Assembly: GCA_030386295.1 (NCBI GenBank)
Contig: JANQAO010000003.1
Span: forward strand, 48,114 to 112,113
Length of the DNA: 64,000 nt
Direction: 5' to 3'
DNA from: Candidatus Doriopsillibacter californiensis
GTDB taxonomy: Bacteria; Pseudomonadota; Gammaproteobacteria; Tethybacterales; Persebacteraceae
Under the pieces are notes generated by a model, which ran no database searches, had not been told where the DNA came from, and was given only the letters and a program-made list of their open reading frames with translations. Below are positions 29,766-40,906 of the stretch, one piece after another; within the stretch, counting starts at the first letter, position 1; each line of letters opens with the position of its first letter. The translations under genes and the position numbers were made by a program.

Positions 29766-30238
29766 ATTACCGCCGCCAGCAATTGCGCTAATCGGCGGCA
29801 AAATGTGTCATCACCAGCCGAAAATTTTTTGCCGGAAAGGGTGGTAAGGATTACTAATCCCACTGCTTTCCTTCCGCGCTTAAGAGGCAAATGATAGTAC
29901 CCCTCGGTTTTTGCCGCTGAGTTGTCCAATGGTAACTTATCGGCACGACCGCCAGCAGGTAAGCGCGCTGTTTTTGTTGCTAATGCTTTCATATCATTAT
30001 TAAAAATCATAATACGACAACTGCCAGCTTTCATTCCTCGGCGTATCAGTGTTTCGGTTTTTTGTAACCATTCAGTATCGCGGCGAATGAGTAACAGCGA
30101 CACGTCATGCATCATGGTAACAATGGCATCATTGTCAGCGGCAATATTTCGTGCGTCGGTTAACTGACGTTGCAGTAAGCGATTTTTCTCTCGTAGAGTG
30201 GTTATTTCTCTAGCGCGAATGTCAAGTGATTGTGCCAT
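29762..30238 (-). CDS. DUF484 (YigA-like) coiled-coil/GAF protein
   Basis: SLDIRAREITTLREKNRLL...ARNIAADND coiled coil and GAF-like C-terminus; conserved position directly upstream of xerC. Confidence 0.7.
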   Translation of the reverse strand: MAQSLDIRAREITTLREKNRLLQRQLTDARNIAADNDAIVTMMHDVSLLLIRRDTEWLQKTETLIRRGMKAGSCRIMIFNNDMKALATKTARLPAGGRADKLPLDNSAAKTEGYYHLPLKRGRKAVGLVILTTLSGKKFSAGDDTFCRRLAQLLAAVI

Positions 30239-30425
30239 TACTTTATTGTATCGGGTCAGCAGGCTGAGGCAAAAAATAATTTTAGATTTTTGCAATTATC
30301 ACAGCTATTAAAAATGTGATAGTGGTTCTTTCCTGACAATCGTAAAATGTCCAGAACGTTATTTGGTTTCAGGGAACATTGCAATCAAGGATATAATTAT
30401 TTTCACTACTTACGGAGGATACAAA

Positions 30426-31007
30426 ATGCAACATAAAAAATCAATTCTCACATGTCTGATGTTGGTATCTACATTGTTTGGTTCCGCCGGTGCGATGGCG
30501 GCGGAGTACGATATAGATGCTTCTCATTCTTTTGTGCAGTTTCGTACTAAACACTTGGGCTACAGTTGGCTTGTCGGGCGTTTTGACCGTCTGTCGGGGG
30601 TATTTGACTATGCTCCAGAACAAGGTGCGGCGGCACAGAGCATTTTTGTTGAAGTAGATGTGACCAGTGTTAATAGTAATCATGCTGAGCGTGACAAGCA
30701 TTTGCGTAGTGATGATTTTTTAAATTCAGATGACTATCCAAATGCTACCTTTAAAAGTACAAGCTATGAAGGCGATGCAGATGGTGGCACAATGCATGGT
30801 GAATTGACACTACATGGTGTTACTAAGCCGCTCGCCATTGAAATAAAAAAAATCGGTGAAGGCAATGACCCATGGGGAGGTTATCGCGCTGGTTTTGAGG
30901 GTAAAGTCCAAATTACCCGAGCCGATTTTGGTATGGAGTACAACTTAGGTCCAGATGCTGTAGTTGTTGAACTGGATTTGTATATTGAAGGTGTTCGCCG
31001 TCAATAA
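30426..31007 (+). CDS. yceI: YceI family periplasmic isoprenoid-binding protein
   Basis: Signal peptide, YDIDASHSFVQF, SNHAERDKHLRS, GELTLHGVTK and DPWGGYRAGF motifs; RBS GGAGG. Confidence 0.92.
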   Translation: MQHKKSILTCLMLVSTLFGSAGAMAAEYDIDASHSFVQFRTKHLGYSWLVGRFDRLSGVFDYAPEQGAAAQSIFVEVDVTSVNSNHAERDKHLRSDDFLNSDDYPNATFKSTSYEGDADGGTMHGELTLHGVTKPLAIEIKKIGEGNDPWGGYRAGFEGKVQITRADFGMEYNLGPDAVVVELDLYIEGVRRQ

Positions 31008-31546
31008 TGTCGCCTGTTGACCGCGGCGACAAATACGGTTTGGTTAGCCGGTTATTGCATTGGTCTTTGGCGTTGTTGATTTTTTCCATGGCCGCATTGG
31101 GCGCATGGATGGTAGAGGCAGGTTACTATGCACGTTGGTATCTGATGGCGTTGAACGCACACAAAACGTTGGGATTGATGTCGTTGGCCGTGGCGTTGTT
31201 GTTGATTACTTGGCGTATGATAGTTGCATCACCGGCACCATTGCACGGATTATCGGTTGCGGAGAGTAGGGCGGCGCGTTGGGTGCATCGGTTGTTGCTA
31301 TTATTAGCAGTTATTGTTCCTTTTTGCGGTTATCTAATATCCACGGCACGGCAGAAAGGAGTGGACATTTTTGGACTGTTCATAGTGCCGCCGGTTGTTG
31401 CGCTTCCTGACAGTTGGCGCGACATTACTGTAGAAGTACACTATTGGCTGGGATATGGCGTTGTTATTGTTGCTTGTGGTCATGCATTGGCTGCTCTTAA
31501 ACATCAATTATGGGATAAAAATGACAGCTTGCAGCGCATGCTATAG
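31007..31546 (+). CDS. Cytochrome b561 (YceJ-like)
   Basis: YGLVSRLLHW, HKTLG, VH...L and GHALAALKHQLWDKNDSLQRML heme-ligand pattern; coupled to yceI. Confidence 0.9.
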   Translation: MSPVDRGDKYGLVSRLLHWSLALLIFSMAALGAWMVEAGYYARWYLMALNAHKTLGLMSLAVALLLITWRMIVASPAPLHGLSVAESRAARWVHRLLLLLAVIVPFCGYLISTARQKGVDIFGLFIVPPVVALPDSWRDITVEVHYWLGYGVVIVACGHALAALKHQLWDKNDSLQRML

Positions 31547-31618
31547 CCTCCAACTTTTGTTTATTAGTTGTAATCAACGAAAGTGAAAGTGCCATAGCAC
31601 TATCTCTACGATAAGCTC

Positions 31619-33901
31619 ATGTTGCCACTGAGTGCCATTGCTTTTTTGTCCGGAGTGTGTTTGCTGCAAGGTCAAGAGGAATTGCCATCGCTAAGTGGCA
31701 TGTTGCTATTGTTGCCACCGGCTTTTGCGGCTTGGCGATTGAAAGGAAAGAGACGGACGGCGGCATTGTTGCTGTTCGTGTTTGGGTTTGGTTTTTACTG
31801 GGCTGCGTGTCGCGCCGAATGGCGGCTGGCGCAGACGCTACCACCGGAATTGGAATGGCGCGATATTATTGTGGAGGGAACGGTGCGTGGATTGCCTCAA
31901 ACCAACGAACAGCGCACGCGGTTTGATTTTGATATTGAGCGCATAGTGTCACCGACTATGCCGTTGCGATTACGAGTGCGGTTGGCTGATTATCATCGCA
32001 GCGGTACACCGTTGGCGGAAATTTTCAATAACGCTCAGCTACGGTTGGTGGTTCGTATCCGTCCGCCATCGGCGCGTCTCAATCCGCATGGTTTTGATTA
32101 TGCTGGCTATTTATTTGCCACCGGCGTGCGTGCAGTGGGCTATGTGCGTCATCGCGAACAAGTGGAGATAGTTCGCCCTGGTGGTGGTTGGCGTGAGGCT
32201 CTAAGACGGCAGGCATTAGCGCAACCGCAACAAGGCGATTTACTGGCAGCGTTTGTGGTGGGTGACCGCTCGGCTATTGATGAATCACAATGGCGAGTAT
32301 TGCAGCGTACCGGCACAGCACATTTATTGAGCATTTCTGGCACTCACATTACATTGGCAGCAGGATTTGCTGCGTTGCTGGTCGGTTGGCTGTGGCGTCG
32401 CCAGCAGTGGCTGATGCGCATTATGCCAGCACAAAAGGCGGCTATTGTTGCTGCCGTGCCGGTGGCACTGGCTTATGCTTTGCTTGCCGGATTTGGCGTT
32501 CCGGTGCGGCGTAGTTTCCTAATGTTTTTTGCGGTAGCAGTAGCATTGCTCAGTGGCGGTATTTCGTCGGCAAGTCAAGTGATGGCGCTCGCTGCCCTTG
32601 TCGTTGTCGTAGTTGATCCGTGGGCGGTGTCATCTGCTGGTTTTTGGTTATCATTTATGCTTGCCGGTGCCGTAGTATTGGTGCTCGGTAGTACAGGCGG
32701 ACGAAATTGGTGGCATTTGTTGCGAGTGCAGTGTCTAATATCATTTTTTGCTATGCCATTCACACTATGGTTTTTTAATCAAGCTTCTTTATTGTCACCG
32801 CTGGCTAATGTTGTTGCTGTGCCGGTTGTTGGTTTTTTTATTTTACCTTTGGTTTTGTTGGATGTGTTGTTACCCGGAAATGCGTTGTGGACCGTCGCTA
32901 GTTGGGGGTTATCCACTTTATGGGCGTTTTTAGATTACCTGTCGGCTTTGCCATTCGCCGCTTGGCAACCGGCAGCGGCACCGTGGTGGCTATTTATATT
33001 GGCTTGTGCTGGCGGCATTTGGCTTATTATGCCCGCCGGTATGCCGGCTCGCTGGACAGGTATGTTTCCGGTATTGGCAATGTTGTTGTGGCAGCCGTCA
33101 CCATTACCAGTGGGAACTTTTCATATGACTGTGCTGGATATTGGACAAGGCACTAGCGTGGTAATTAAGACCACTAATCACACTTTAGTATATGACGCCG
33201 GTCGGTCGTATGCTGCTAAGGAAATTGACAGCTATTTGCGTGGCGAAGGGCGCCGAAATCTTGACATGTTGATTGTCAGCCACGATGATATCGATCACAG
33301 TGGTGGTGCGGCGGAATTGATGCACCTAAAGTCGCCAGTAAAATTATTGTCATCATTGCCGGATTCGCATCCGGCGGTTATTGCTGCCACTCACCATCAA
33401 CCCTGTGAGGCAGGGCAAATGTGGACATGGGACGGCGTAACATTTGAAATATTGCATCCACAGAGAGAAACATTAACCGTGCTGTCGGATAATGCTTCTA
33501 GCTGCGTGTTAAAAATATTTGGGGCTGGTGGCTCGGCGTTACTGACCGGAGATATTTCAGAAAAAATTGAACAAGCTCTTGTCGCATCAGGTAAATCACT
33601 AAAAACGGATGTATTGCTGGCACCTCATCACGGCAGTAGGCATTCCTCCTCCTCAGCTTTTTTGCATGCAGTGTCGCCGCATACTGTGATATTTAGCGTC
33701 GGTGCTAATAATCCTTACGGTCATCCGCACTCAACGGTTTTAGCACGATCTACTGCTGTCGGCGCAGGGCTCTATCGCACTGATACAGACGGCGCAGTTA
33801 TAGTAGAGGTTGGTCCTAGTGATGTTCGGGTACAGCGGTGGGGACCTGAAAGAAAACGTTACTGGCAAAATACAGTAGCATCGTACGGAAGATCTGATTA
33901 A
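31619..33901 (+). CDS. comEC: DNA internalisation competence protein ComEC/Rec2
   Basis: NPHGFDY, TGTAHLLSISGTH, GFWLSF, LDIGQG, SHDDIDHSGG, NASSCVL, PHHGS and NPYGHP motifs. Confidence 0.95.
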   Translation: MLPLSAIAFLSGVCLLQGQEELPSLSGMLLLLPPAFAAWRLKGKRRTAALLLFVFGFGFYWAACRAEWRLAQTLPPELEWRDIIVEGTVRGLPQTNEQRTRFDFDIERIVSPTMPLRLRVRLADYHRSGTPLAEIFNNAQLRLVVRIRPPSARLNPHGFDYAGYLFATGVRAVGYVRHREQVEIVRPGGGWREALRRQALAQPQQGDLLAAFVVGDRSAIDESQWRVLQRTGTAHLLSISGTHITLAAGFAALLVGWLWRRQQWLMRIMPAQKAAIVAAVPVALAYALLAGFGVPVRRSFLMFFAVAVALLSGGISSASQVMALAALVVVVVDPWAVSSAGFWLSFMLAGAVVLVLGSTGGRNWWHLLRVQCLISFFAMPFTLWFFNQASLLSPLANVVAVPVVGFFILPLVLLDVLLPGNALWTVASWGLSTLWAFLDYLSALPFAAWQPAAAPWWLFILACAGGIWLIMPAGMPARWTGMFPVLAMLLWQPSPLPVGTFHMTVLDIGQGTSVVIKTTNHTLVYDAGRSYAAKEIDSYLRGEGRRNLDMLIVSHDDIDHSGGAAELMHLKSPVKLLSSLPDSHPAVIAATHHQPCEAGQMWTWDGVTFEILHPQRETLTVLSDNASSCVLKIFGAGGSALLTGDISEKIEQALVASGKSLKTDVLLAPHHGSRHSSSSAFLHAVSPHTVIFSVGANNPYGHPHSTVLARSTAVGAGLYRTDTDGAVIVEVGPSDVRVQRWGPERKRYWQNTVASYGRSD

Positions 33902-34172
33902 ATTCATGAAATAAAGAGTAGTAATATTGAGCGTACGAATAGATAGCCTTATGTTTATGAAAAAAAGCGGACGAATTCAATAACCATCGCTTAGATAAGT
34001 ATGTTTGTGACCGCGATTACGGGTAACAAATTTGTCGCGTTTTTTGAAAATTTTGTTTTTTACTTTATTTTAAATAGTGTGGTATAAATGGTAAGTAAGT
34101 GTATTAGATGCATTTGTGGTGTTGTGTCTAGTAATATTTTGTGGTATCGCAATAAAAAGAAGGAGAGAGCAA

Positions 34173-34643
34173 ATGGCAATATCCGTTTCCTTGGCAGTTA
34201 ACGGTAAGCAAGTAGAAGGCGAGGTAAGTCCTAATACTTTGTTAGTAGAATATTTACGTGAACATGCGCGATTGACGGGCACTCATATAGGATGCGATAC
34301 TAGCCAATGTGGTGCCTGTGTAGTACATGTCAATGGGCAATCAATTAAATCTTGTACCATGTTAGCAGTTCAAGCTAACGGCACTGTAATAACTACTATT
34401 GAAGGACTTGCCGATGGCGATACACTCCATGCAGTGCAGGCGGCGTTTAAAGAATGTCACGGATTGCAGTGCGGTTTTTGCACTGCCGGTATGGTGATGA
34501 GTACCGCTGATTTACTGAATAAAAACCCCAATCCATCTGATGAAGAAATTCGCAATTGGCTAGAGGGCAATATCTGTCGTTGTACCGGCTATCAAAATAT
34601 TGTTAAAGCGGTACGCCATGCGGCTGCGCAGCTAAGAGGATGA
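34173..34643 (+). CDS. (2Fe-2S) subunit of a CODH-like molybdenum hydroxylase (CoxS/CutS-like)
   Basis: [10 protein letters not shown]...KSC and QCGFCTAG...GNICRCTGY motifs; RBS AGGAG. Confidence 0.93.
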   Translation: MAISVSLAVNGKQVEGEVSPNTLLVEYLREHARLTGTHIGCDTSQCGACVVHVNGQSIKSCTMLAVQANGTVITTIEGLADGDTLHAVQAAFKECHGLQCGFCTAGMVMSTADLLNKNPNPSDEEIRNWLEGNICRCTGYQNIVKAVRHAAAQLRG

Positions 34644-34702
34644 GCGGAAATTTTGTCGTATCCAAAAATTAAAATAATACATTCCTGCAGAGGAGGACGT
34701 AA

Positions 34703-37084
34703 ATGAGCACACAAGGCATCGGGGCTTCAGTCAAACGAAGCGAAGACATGCGATTCTTAACTGGGCGTGGCAATTACACGGATGATATCGTTCGACCACA
34801 TCAGGCATATGCGTATATTTTACGATCGCCTCATGCGAGTGCAAAAATTCGTGGTATTGACACGGTAGCCGCCAAGTCTGCTGCTGGCGTTATTGCTGTT
34901 TATACAGGAGTAGACCTGCAATGTGGTTCCATTCCCTGTGGTTGGTTAGTTAATAATGCCGATGGTTCACCAATGAAGGAGCCGGCACATCCGCCGTTGG
35001 CACAAGGTGCAGTGCGGCACGTGGGCGACCAAGTGGCTGTGATTATTGCTGAAACATTGGCACAGGCTAAAGCCGCTTCCGAGTTAATTGAAGTAGATTA
35101 TGACGTGTTGCCTGCCGTAGTGGATATGGAAAAAGCTGTTGCTGGTGGTCAAGCTGTACACGAAGAAGCGCCAGATAATTTATGTTACGATTGGGTGTTA
35201 GGTGATGATGTTGCCAGTGTAGACGCCGTAATCGCCGCGTCTACACACCAAGTATCTTTGCGGTTGACTAACAATCGTCTTGTTCCTAACGCCATGGAGC
35301 CACGCGCTGCTATTGGTGAGTACGATTTGTCGGCGGATTCGTATACGCTTTATACCACTAGCCAAAATCCACATGTAATTCGTCTGCTTATGGGTGCTTT
35401 TGTATTACAAATTCCCGAACACAAATTGCGTGTTGTGTCACCGGATGTAGGTGGTGGATTTGGATCCAAAATTTATCATTATGCTGAAGAAGCCATTGTT
35501 ACTTGGGCTGCTAAGCAAGTGCGGCGGCCGGTCAAATGGACGGCGGATCGATCTGATTCTTTTGTTAGTGATGCTCATGGCCGCGATCACATCACTAATG
35601 TAACGTTAGGCGTTGACTCCGACGGAAAATTTACAGCGCTTAAGGTAGAAACTAAGGCCAATCTCGGTGCCTACTTGTCTACTTTTTCTACCTGTGTACC
35701 GACGTATTTGTATGCAACGTTGCTGGCAGGCGTGTACACCACACCAAAAATTTATTGCAACGTTAAAGCGGTTTTCACCAATACCGTACCGGTTGATGCT
35801 TATCGTGGTGCTGGGCGCCCAGAAGCCACTTATTTAATTGAGCGTATTGTTGACAAAGCAGCACGACAAATCGGTATAGACAGAGTGGAGTTGCGGCGTA
35901 AAAATTTTATTCCCAAAGAAGCCTTTCCTTATCAAACACCAGTAGCTTTGCAATACGACTCAGGGGATTATCATGCTTCTTTGGAGCAGGCACTCAAAGA
36001 AGCTGATTGGAATGGTTTTGCTGCACGTAAAGCAGAATCCGCTCAAAACGGCAAATTGCGCGGTATTGGTGTGTCTACTTATGTTGAAGCATGTGGTATT
36101 GCGCCATCGGCGGTAGTCGGTTCGCTAGGCGCTCGTGCTGGGCTATTTGAAGCGGCTAATGTGCGGGTTAATCCTACGGGCTCGGTATCGGTGTTTACTG
36201 GCAGTCACAGTCATGGGCAAGGGCACGAAACTACCTTTGCACAAATTGTTTCTGACAAATTGGGAATTCCCTTTGAGAATGTAAATATTGTGCACGGTGA
36301 TACCGCTAGTGTGCCTTTTGGTATGGGGACGTATGGCTCGCGTTCGCTGGCGGTAGGTGGAGAGGCTATCATGCGTGCGCTCAATAAAATTACTGAAAAA
36401 GCCGGAAAAATTGCTGCACATATTATGGAAGCAGATGCCGGTGACGTTGAGTTTGCTGACGGTAATTTTACTGTCAAAGGTACCGATAAGTCGATGGCTT
36501 TTGGTGAAGTTTCGCTAGCCGCTTATGTGCCGCATAACTTTCCACACAAATCATCGCACGATGACTCCAACGGTTTGGAGCCGGGTCTAGAAGAGCAAGC
36601 ATTTTATGACCCACTCAATTTCACTTATCCTGGTGGTTGCCATATTTGCGAAGTAGAAGTAGATCCCGATACCGGCAAGGTCAAGGTAGTGAACTTTACT
36701 GCTGTAGATGATGTAGGGCAGGTAATTAATCCGATGATTGTGGAAGGTCAAATACAAGGTGGTGTGGCACAGGGTATTGGTCAAGCACTTTTGGAGCAAG
36801 CGGTGTACGATGAAAACGGCCAATTACTGACCGGTTCGTACATGGATTACACCATGCCACGCGCCGATGACGTGCCTAATATCCAAGTATCTAATACGGT
36901 TACGTTGTGTACACACAATTCGTTAGGAGTTAAGGGGTGCGGAGAAGTCGGTGCTATCGGTTCACCACCAGCGGTTATTAACGCAGTACTGGATGCACTG
37001 GAAGAAAAAGGTGTGAAAGATATTTCTATGCCTGCCACGTCTTATCGGGTTTGGCAGGCGATGCAAGATGCAAAAGTTAATTAA
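34703..37084 (+). CDS. Molybdopterin-binding large subunit, form II CoxL-like (xanthine dehydrogenase family)
   Basis: VGGGFGSK, active-site loop AYRGAGRPE (form II, not AYXCSFR), GQGHET, GTYGSRS and KGCGE motifs. Confidence 0.93.
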   Translation: MSTQGIGASVKRSEDMRFLTGRGNYTDDIVRPHQAYAYILRSPHASAKIRGIDTVAAKSAAGVIAVYTGVDLQCGSIPCGWLVNNADGSPMKEPAHPPLAQGAVRHVGDQVAVIIAETLAQAKAASELIEVDYDVLPAVVDMEKAVAGGQAVHEEAPDNLCYDWVLGDDVASVDAVIAASTHQVSLRLTNNRLVPNAMEPRAAIGEYDLSADSYTLYTTSQNPHVIRLLMGAFVLQIPEHKLRVVSPDVGGGFGSKIYHYAEEAIVTWAAKQVRRPVKWTADRSDSFVSDAHGRDHITNVTLGVDSDGKFTALKVETKANLGAYLSTFSTCVPTYLYATLLAGVYTTPKIYCNVKAVFTNTVPVDAYRGAGRPEATYLIERIVDKAARQIGIDRVELRRKNFIPKEAFPYQTPVALQYDSGDYHASLEQALKEADWNGFAARKAESAQNGKLRGIGVSTYVEACGIAPSAVVGSLGARAGLFEAANVRVNPTGSVSVFTGSHSHGQGHETTFAQIVSDKLGIPFENVNIVHGDTASVPFGMGTYGSRSLAVGGEAIMRALNKITEKAGKIAAHIMEADAGDVEFADGNFTVKGTDKSMAFGEVSLAAYVPHNFPHKSSHDDSNGLEPGLEEQAFYDPLNFTYPGGCHICEVEVDPDTGKVKVVNFTAVDDVGQVINPMIVEGQIQGGVAQGIGQALLEQAVYDENGQLLTGSYMDYTMPRADDVPNIQVSNTVTLCTHNSLGVKGCGEVGAIGSPPAVINAVLDALEEKGVKDISMPATSYRVWQAMQDAKVN

Positions 37085-37099
37085 CAGGAGGATATCATC

Positions 37100-37885
37100 A
37101 TGAATAATTTTGACTATCATAAGCCTTCAACAGTTGAAGAAGCGGTGCATCTGCTGACCGATGGCGCAAAAGCATTGGCCGGTGGTATGACTTTGTTACC
37201 GACGATAAAGCAAGGGTTGGCTGCACCTGATGCGTTGGTCGATTTGTCGACTATTGAAGCGTTGGTCGGCATTCGTGAACATCACGATAAGGGAGTGGTG
37301 ATTGGTGCTATGACAACGCATGCGACAGTATCTAGTTCTGATTTGGTGCGTGAAAAAATTCCATCGTTAGCATCGTTAGCTAGTGGAATCGGTGATGCAC
37401 AAGTTCGACATCGCGGCACCATTGGTGGCTCGCTGGCTAACAATGATCCTGCGGCGGATTATCCGGCGGCATTGTTGGGATTAGGCGGCTCGGTGCATAC
37501 TAATAAGCGTACTATTGCCGCTGATGATTTTTTTGACGGGTTGTTTTCAACAGCATTGGAAGATGATGAAGTTATCGCTCACGTACATCTTCCAATACCG
37601 CAATACGCCGTTTATGTAAAATTTCCACAACCGGCATCACGTTATGCACTGGTTGGTGTTTTTATTGCCCAAATTAATGGTGGCGTGCGAGTGGCAGTAA
37701 CTGGTGCTGGTTCAGATGGTGTGTTTCGTGCCCAATCATTGGAAACGGCATTGAACCAAAATTTTTCTGCTGCTGCTTTATCGGGAGTGCAGGAAAATGC
37801 AGCAGAACTGATGAGTGATTTGCACGGCTCTGCTGCTTATCGCGCCCACTTAATAACAATTTTGGCTCAACGGGCATTGAATTAA
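37100..37885 (+). CDS. FAD-binding medium subunit (CoxM/CutM-like)
   Basis: LAGGMTLLP, IGDAQVRHRGTIGGSLANNDPAADYP, KFPQPASRYA and SDLHGSAAYRAHL motifs. Confidence 0.93.
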   Translation: MNNFDYHKPSTVEEAVHLLTDGAKALAGGMTLLPTIKQGLAAPDALVDLSTIEALVGIREHHDKGVVIGAMTTHATVSSSDLVREKIPSLASLASGIGDAQVRHRGTIGGSLANNDPAADYPAALLGLGGSVHTNKRTIAADDFFDGLFSTALEDDEVIAHVHLPIPQYAVYVKFPQPASRYALVGVFIAQINGGVRVAVTGAGSDGVFRAQSLETALNQNFSAAALSGVQENAAELMSDLHGSAAYRAHLITILAQRALN

Positions 37886-37932
37886 CTGCGGTTACAGATA
37901 CTGGTGATTGTGTAACTGTAGCGTTGTTAATT

Positions 37933-38910
37933 TTAAGAAGACGTCTTTGGATTGCGACTAAGCATTATTTTTTCTAGTGTCGTATCTGGTAAGCGCTTGA
38001 TTAATTGCGCAAAAAACAGCATTAGTACAAAAGAAAAAATAATGCGACCAAAAAATACGCCAGAGATATGCGCGCCTACTAACATTACCAATAGAGTATC
38101 TTCTATAACGGCATGGCACAAACTCAGTAGTGTTAATGCACACAGCATGTCACGTCGGCTGATGTCGCCTTTTTTACTTTCGTTAATGAGCAAAGCGCCA
38201 CCGTACGAAATGCCTAACGTCATGCCAACCATAGTGATAGTAACTGCTTTTTTTCCTACACCCATGGTGCGCAGTATTGGAGCGAGTAAAAAAATCAATA
38301 GTCGTTCAGTATTCGTGATTTTGAGCAAACGCACAAAGGCTACCAGCGTAACGATAATTAAATAAATGAATGCCCAGTTTTTTGCCTGTCCCAAAAACCA
38401 TGGCCCCCAACCGCTTTGCATTGGCGGTGGCGACAATAACAAATGAGCTGGAGCTTGCAGCCAGCCGCCAGCATTGTAAATAGTGTGAATAAGCCAGCCC
38501 ATTGCTAGTGCGCCACTAATACGCACCCATAGCATGGCAAAAAAGCGCACACCGGCTTTTTGCGTAATGCGTAGTTCTATCGGTAGCGCATGTGCTACCA
38601 ATACGATTAACATGAGAGTAGTTACTTGAGCACTGTTGAGTTCTAATTGTGTCCACAGTGAGATGAGCACTAGCAGTGCAGAATAGATATTTAACAGCAT
38701 TGCGGTGGCCCACACAATTCCAGCTTGACCGGGCAGGCCGACTAGATCCATTATTGGCGCTAGCAAATCTCCAACAACAGCGACGATGCCAAAGTGTTCA
38801 TCTAGCAATCGAATAGCAACAAGTAGCGGTAGCGAAATACGCAGGACTACCCAATAAATATAAGCGCTTTCTTTAAATAATTCACGCAATGCCGTTAACG
38901 GTGCGCGCAT
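37933..38910 (-). CDS. Membrane protein with nucleoside-recognition (Gate) domains
   Basis: About 9 TM segments with LAPIMDLVGLPG, AHALPIE, GMTLGISYGGALLI and LCHAVIEDT motifs. Confidence 0.65.
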   Translation of the reverse strand: MRAPLTALRELFKESAYIYWVVLRISLPLLVAIRLLDEHFGIVAVVGDLLAPIMDLVGLPGQAGIVWATAMLLNIYSALLVLISLWTQLELNSAQVTTLMLIVLVAHALPIELRITQKAGVRFFAMLWVRISGALAMGWLIHTIYNAGGWLQAPAHLLLSPPPMQSGWGPWFLGQAKNWAFIYLIIVTLVAFVRLLKITNTERLLIFLLAPILRTMGVGKKAVTITMVGMTLGISYGGALLINESKKGDISRRDMLCALTLLSLCHAVIEDTLLVMLVGAHISGVFFGRIIFSFVLMLFFAQLIKRLPDTTLEKIMLSRNPKTSS

Positions 38911-38915
38911 ATTAT

Positions 38916-39827
38916 TTAATTGTCTTTAATGAGTGTTGCCGCGGTTTTTTGTAATGCTAATACAAGCATTGCGCCGAGCGATGCTAATGCTAATGCCGCC
39001 CAAATTTGCGGATCACTCTCATAGACGGTGGGCAGTACATTTGGTTGTAAAATAATTTTCATGCCATCAGCATGGGCTTTCCATGGCCAAAGCTTGGGCA
39101 GTGCGCCAAGCATGACGCCGATAAGCAGTGATACGATTGCGTCATGCCAGCGATGCAATAAATATGAAAGTAATCTGGAAAACAGCAACAGCCCGCAGCC
39201 GCAACCTATTGCAAATATCAACAAAGCAATGATTTCTCTTTCATGAATGGCATTGATAACTGCACCATAGAGGCCAGCAATCAACAAAATATAACTACCG
39301 GAAATGCCGGGTAATAACATGGCGCAGATAGCGACAGCGCCACCGATAAAAAGTGTTGGCAAAGTGGGTGTCATGCTGCCGGCAGGAAGTTGTGTGATTG
39401 TCATCAAAGTAAATACTGCTCCGACAATTCCTATTGCCCAGTGTCGTGCGGTAGGTGCGTGCAATTCACGGGCGACAAGCTTTGCAGAAGCTAGTACCAA
39501 GCCGCAAAAAAATGCCAACAATAAATGTGTATGTTCGCTTAGTAAATAGTGTAGTAAGCGATTAAACAATACGACCGCACTTAGGATACCGGCGCCAAGT
39601 GCTAATAAGAATTTGCCGTCAGCTAACTGCCAAGTGCCAGAGATATTAAAACGGAGAAGTTCGCGCCACAACGCCGCCGAAGAAAAAGCGCTAATGGCGG
39701 CAAGTAGGCGTTGATAAATTCCAGTGATAAAAGCGACAGTGCCGCCTGACACGCCAGGCACTAAATCCGCTGCGCCCATACATATCCCGCGCAAAAAAAT
39801 ACCAATATAAGGTTTAACGGTTTTCAT
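38916..39827 (-). CDS. DUF368 family putative undecaprenyl-phosphate translocase
   Basis: [22 protein letters not shown] and [10 protein letters not shown] duplicated re-entrant motifs; LWPWK. Confidence 0.9.
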   Translation of the reverse strand: MKTVKPYIGIFLRGICMGAADLVPGVSGGTVAFITGIYQRLLAAISAFSSAALWRELLRFNISGTWQLADGKFLLALGAGILSAVVLFNRLLHYLLSEHTHLLLAFFCGLVLASAKLVARELHAPTARHWAIGIVGAVFTLMTITQLPAGSMTPTLPTLFIGGAVAICAMLLPGISGSYILLIAGLYGAVINAIHEREIIALLIFAIGCGCGLLLFSRLLSYLLHRWHDAIVSLLIGVMLGALPKLWPWKAHADGMKIILQPNVLPTVYESDPQIWAALALASLGAMLVLALQKTAATLIKDN

Positions 39828-39931
39828 ATTTCGGCGAGAACCAAAAAAGCAAAAAAGGCATAAACGCATTATACGGCGTTATTTTGTTCTGTACGGATGA
39901 AAATGAAGTAAACAGTTATAAAATAATTTTT

Positions 39932-40819
39932 ATGATGAATGAGAAAGACATGGACTTGGTGCGGACCTATTTGTTTTCTTTGCAGGAGACTCTCACAGAG
40001 GCGCTGGCGGCGATTGACGGTAGAGAGTTTGTTGTTGATACATGGCGTAGCAAACTTGGTAGCGGGCGGAGTATGTCATTGGAAAGCGGTGCGGTATTTG
40101 ACCGAGCGGGTGTTAATTTCTCTAATGTCGCTGGCGATAGCTTGCCAAAAGCGGCGAGTAGTCGCCGACCAAATATTGCCGGTAAGTCTTACGAGGCAGC
40201 GGGCGTGTCATTGGTGGCGCATCCAAAAAATCCACATTGCCCAACCGTACACATGAATGTGCGTGTTTTTACTGTTGGTGATGTTTGGTGGTTTGGTGGC
40301 GGTATGGATCTTACTCCATATTATGGCTACGAAGATGATTGTCGGCATTTTCATCTTACCTGTAAAGAAGCTTTGGATGCCCACGACACGGCGTTGTATC
40401 CGCAATTTAAGCAGCGGTGCGATGAATATTTTTACATTCCTCATCGTCAAGAGCAGCGTGGTATTGGCGGCGTGTTTTTTGATGATTTTGACGAAGAATC
40501 ATATTCTCATGCTTTCGCTGTTGTCCGAGCGGTGGGAGATGCTTTTTTACCGGCATACCTACCGATTGTGAAACGTCGTCATAATATGCCGTATAGCGAG
40601 TGCGAGCTTTTGTGGCAACAATATCGGCGTGGGCGTTACGTGGAATTTAATTTGGTGTGCGACCGTGGTACTTTGTTTGGTTTACAGTCGGGCGGGCGCA
40701 CTGAGGCAATTTTGATGTCATTGCCGCCGCTAGCACGCTGGCACCAAGCCAAACCGCAAGGAGATTTGGAGATGCGGCTGGAAAAAGAATTTTTGCTTCC
40801 ACGTGATTGGGCGAAATGA
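39932..40819 (+). CDS. hemF: Oxygen-dependent coproporphyrinogen III oxidase
   Basis: [46 protein letters not shown] and [13 protein letters not shown] motifs. Confidence 0.97.
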   Translation: MMNEKDMDLVRTYLFSLQETLTEALAAIDGREFVVDTWRSKLGSGRSMSLESGAVFDRAGVNFSNVAGDSLPKAASSRRPNIAGKSYEAAGVSLVAHPKNPHCPTVHMNVRVFTVGDVWWFGGGMDLTPYYGYEDDCRHFHLTCKEALDAHDTALYPQFKQRCDEYFYIPHRQEQRGIGGVFFDDFDEESYSHAFAVVRAVGDAFLPAYLPIVKRRHNMPYSECELLWQQYRRGRYVEFNLVCDRGTLFGLQSGGRTEAILMSLPPLARWHQAKPQGDLEMRLEKEFLLPRDWAK

Positions 40820-40906
40820 GTAAAGGTATCTGAAAAATCGTCCGTGATTATTATAGAAATATAAAAAACACGCTACTAAATTGGTATCAACTTTTAAAGA
40901 TATTGA

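Noticed and set aside
34703..37084. Bona fide aerobic CO dehydrogenase (form I)
   Set aside because: The active-site loop is AYRGAGR rather than AYXCSFR, and the gene order is S-L-M.
38900..38930. dif-like site (also a lone XerC-arm-like TTTTCGCATAA near 20355)
   Set aside because: Arm matches are partial, the spacer length is wrong or the XerD arm is absent, and the first site overlaps start and stop codons.
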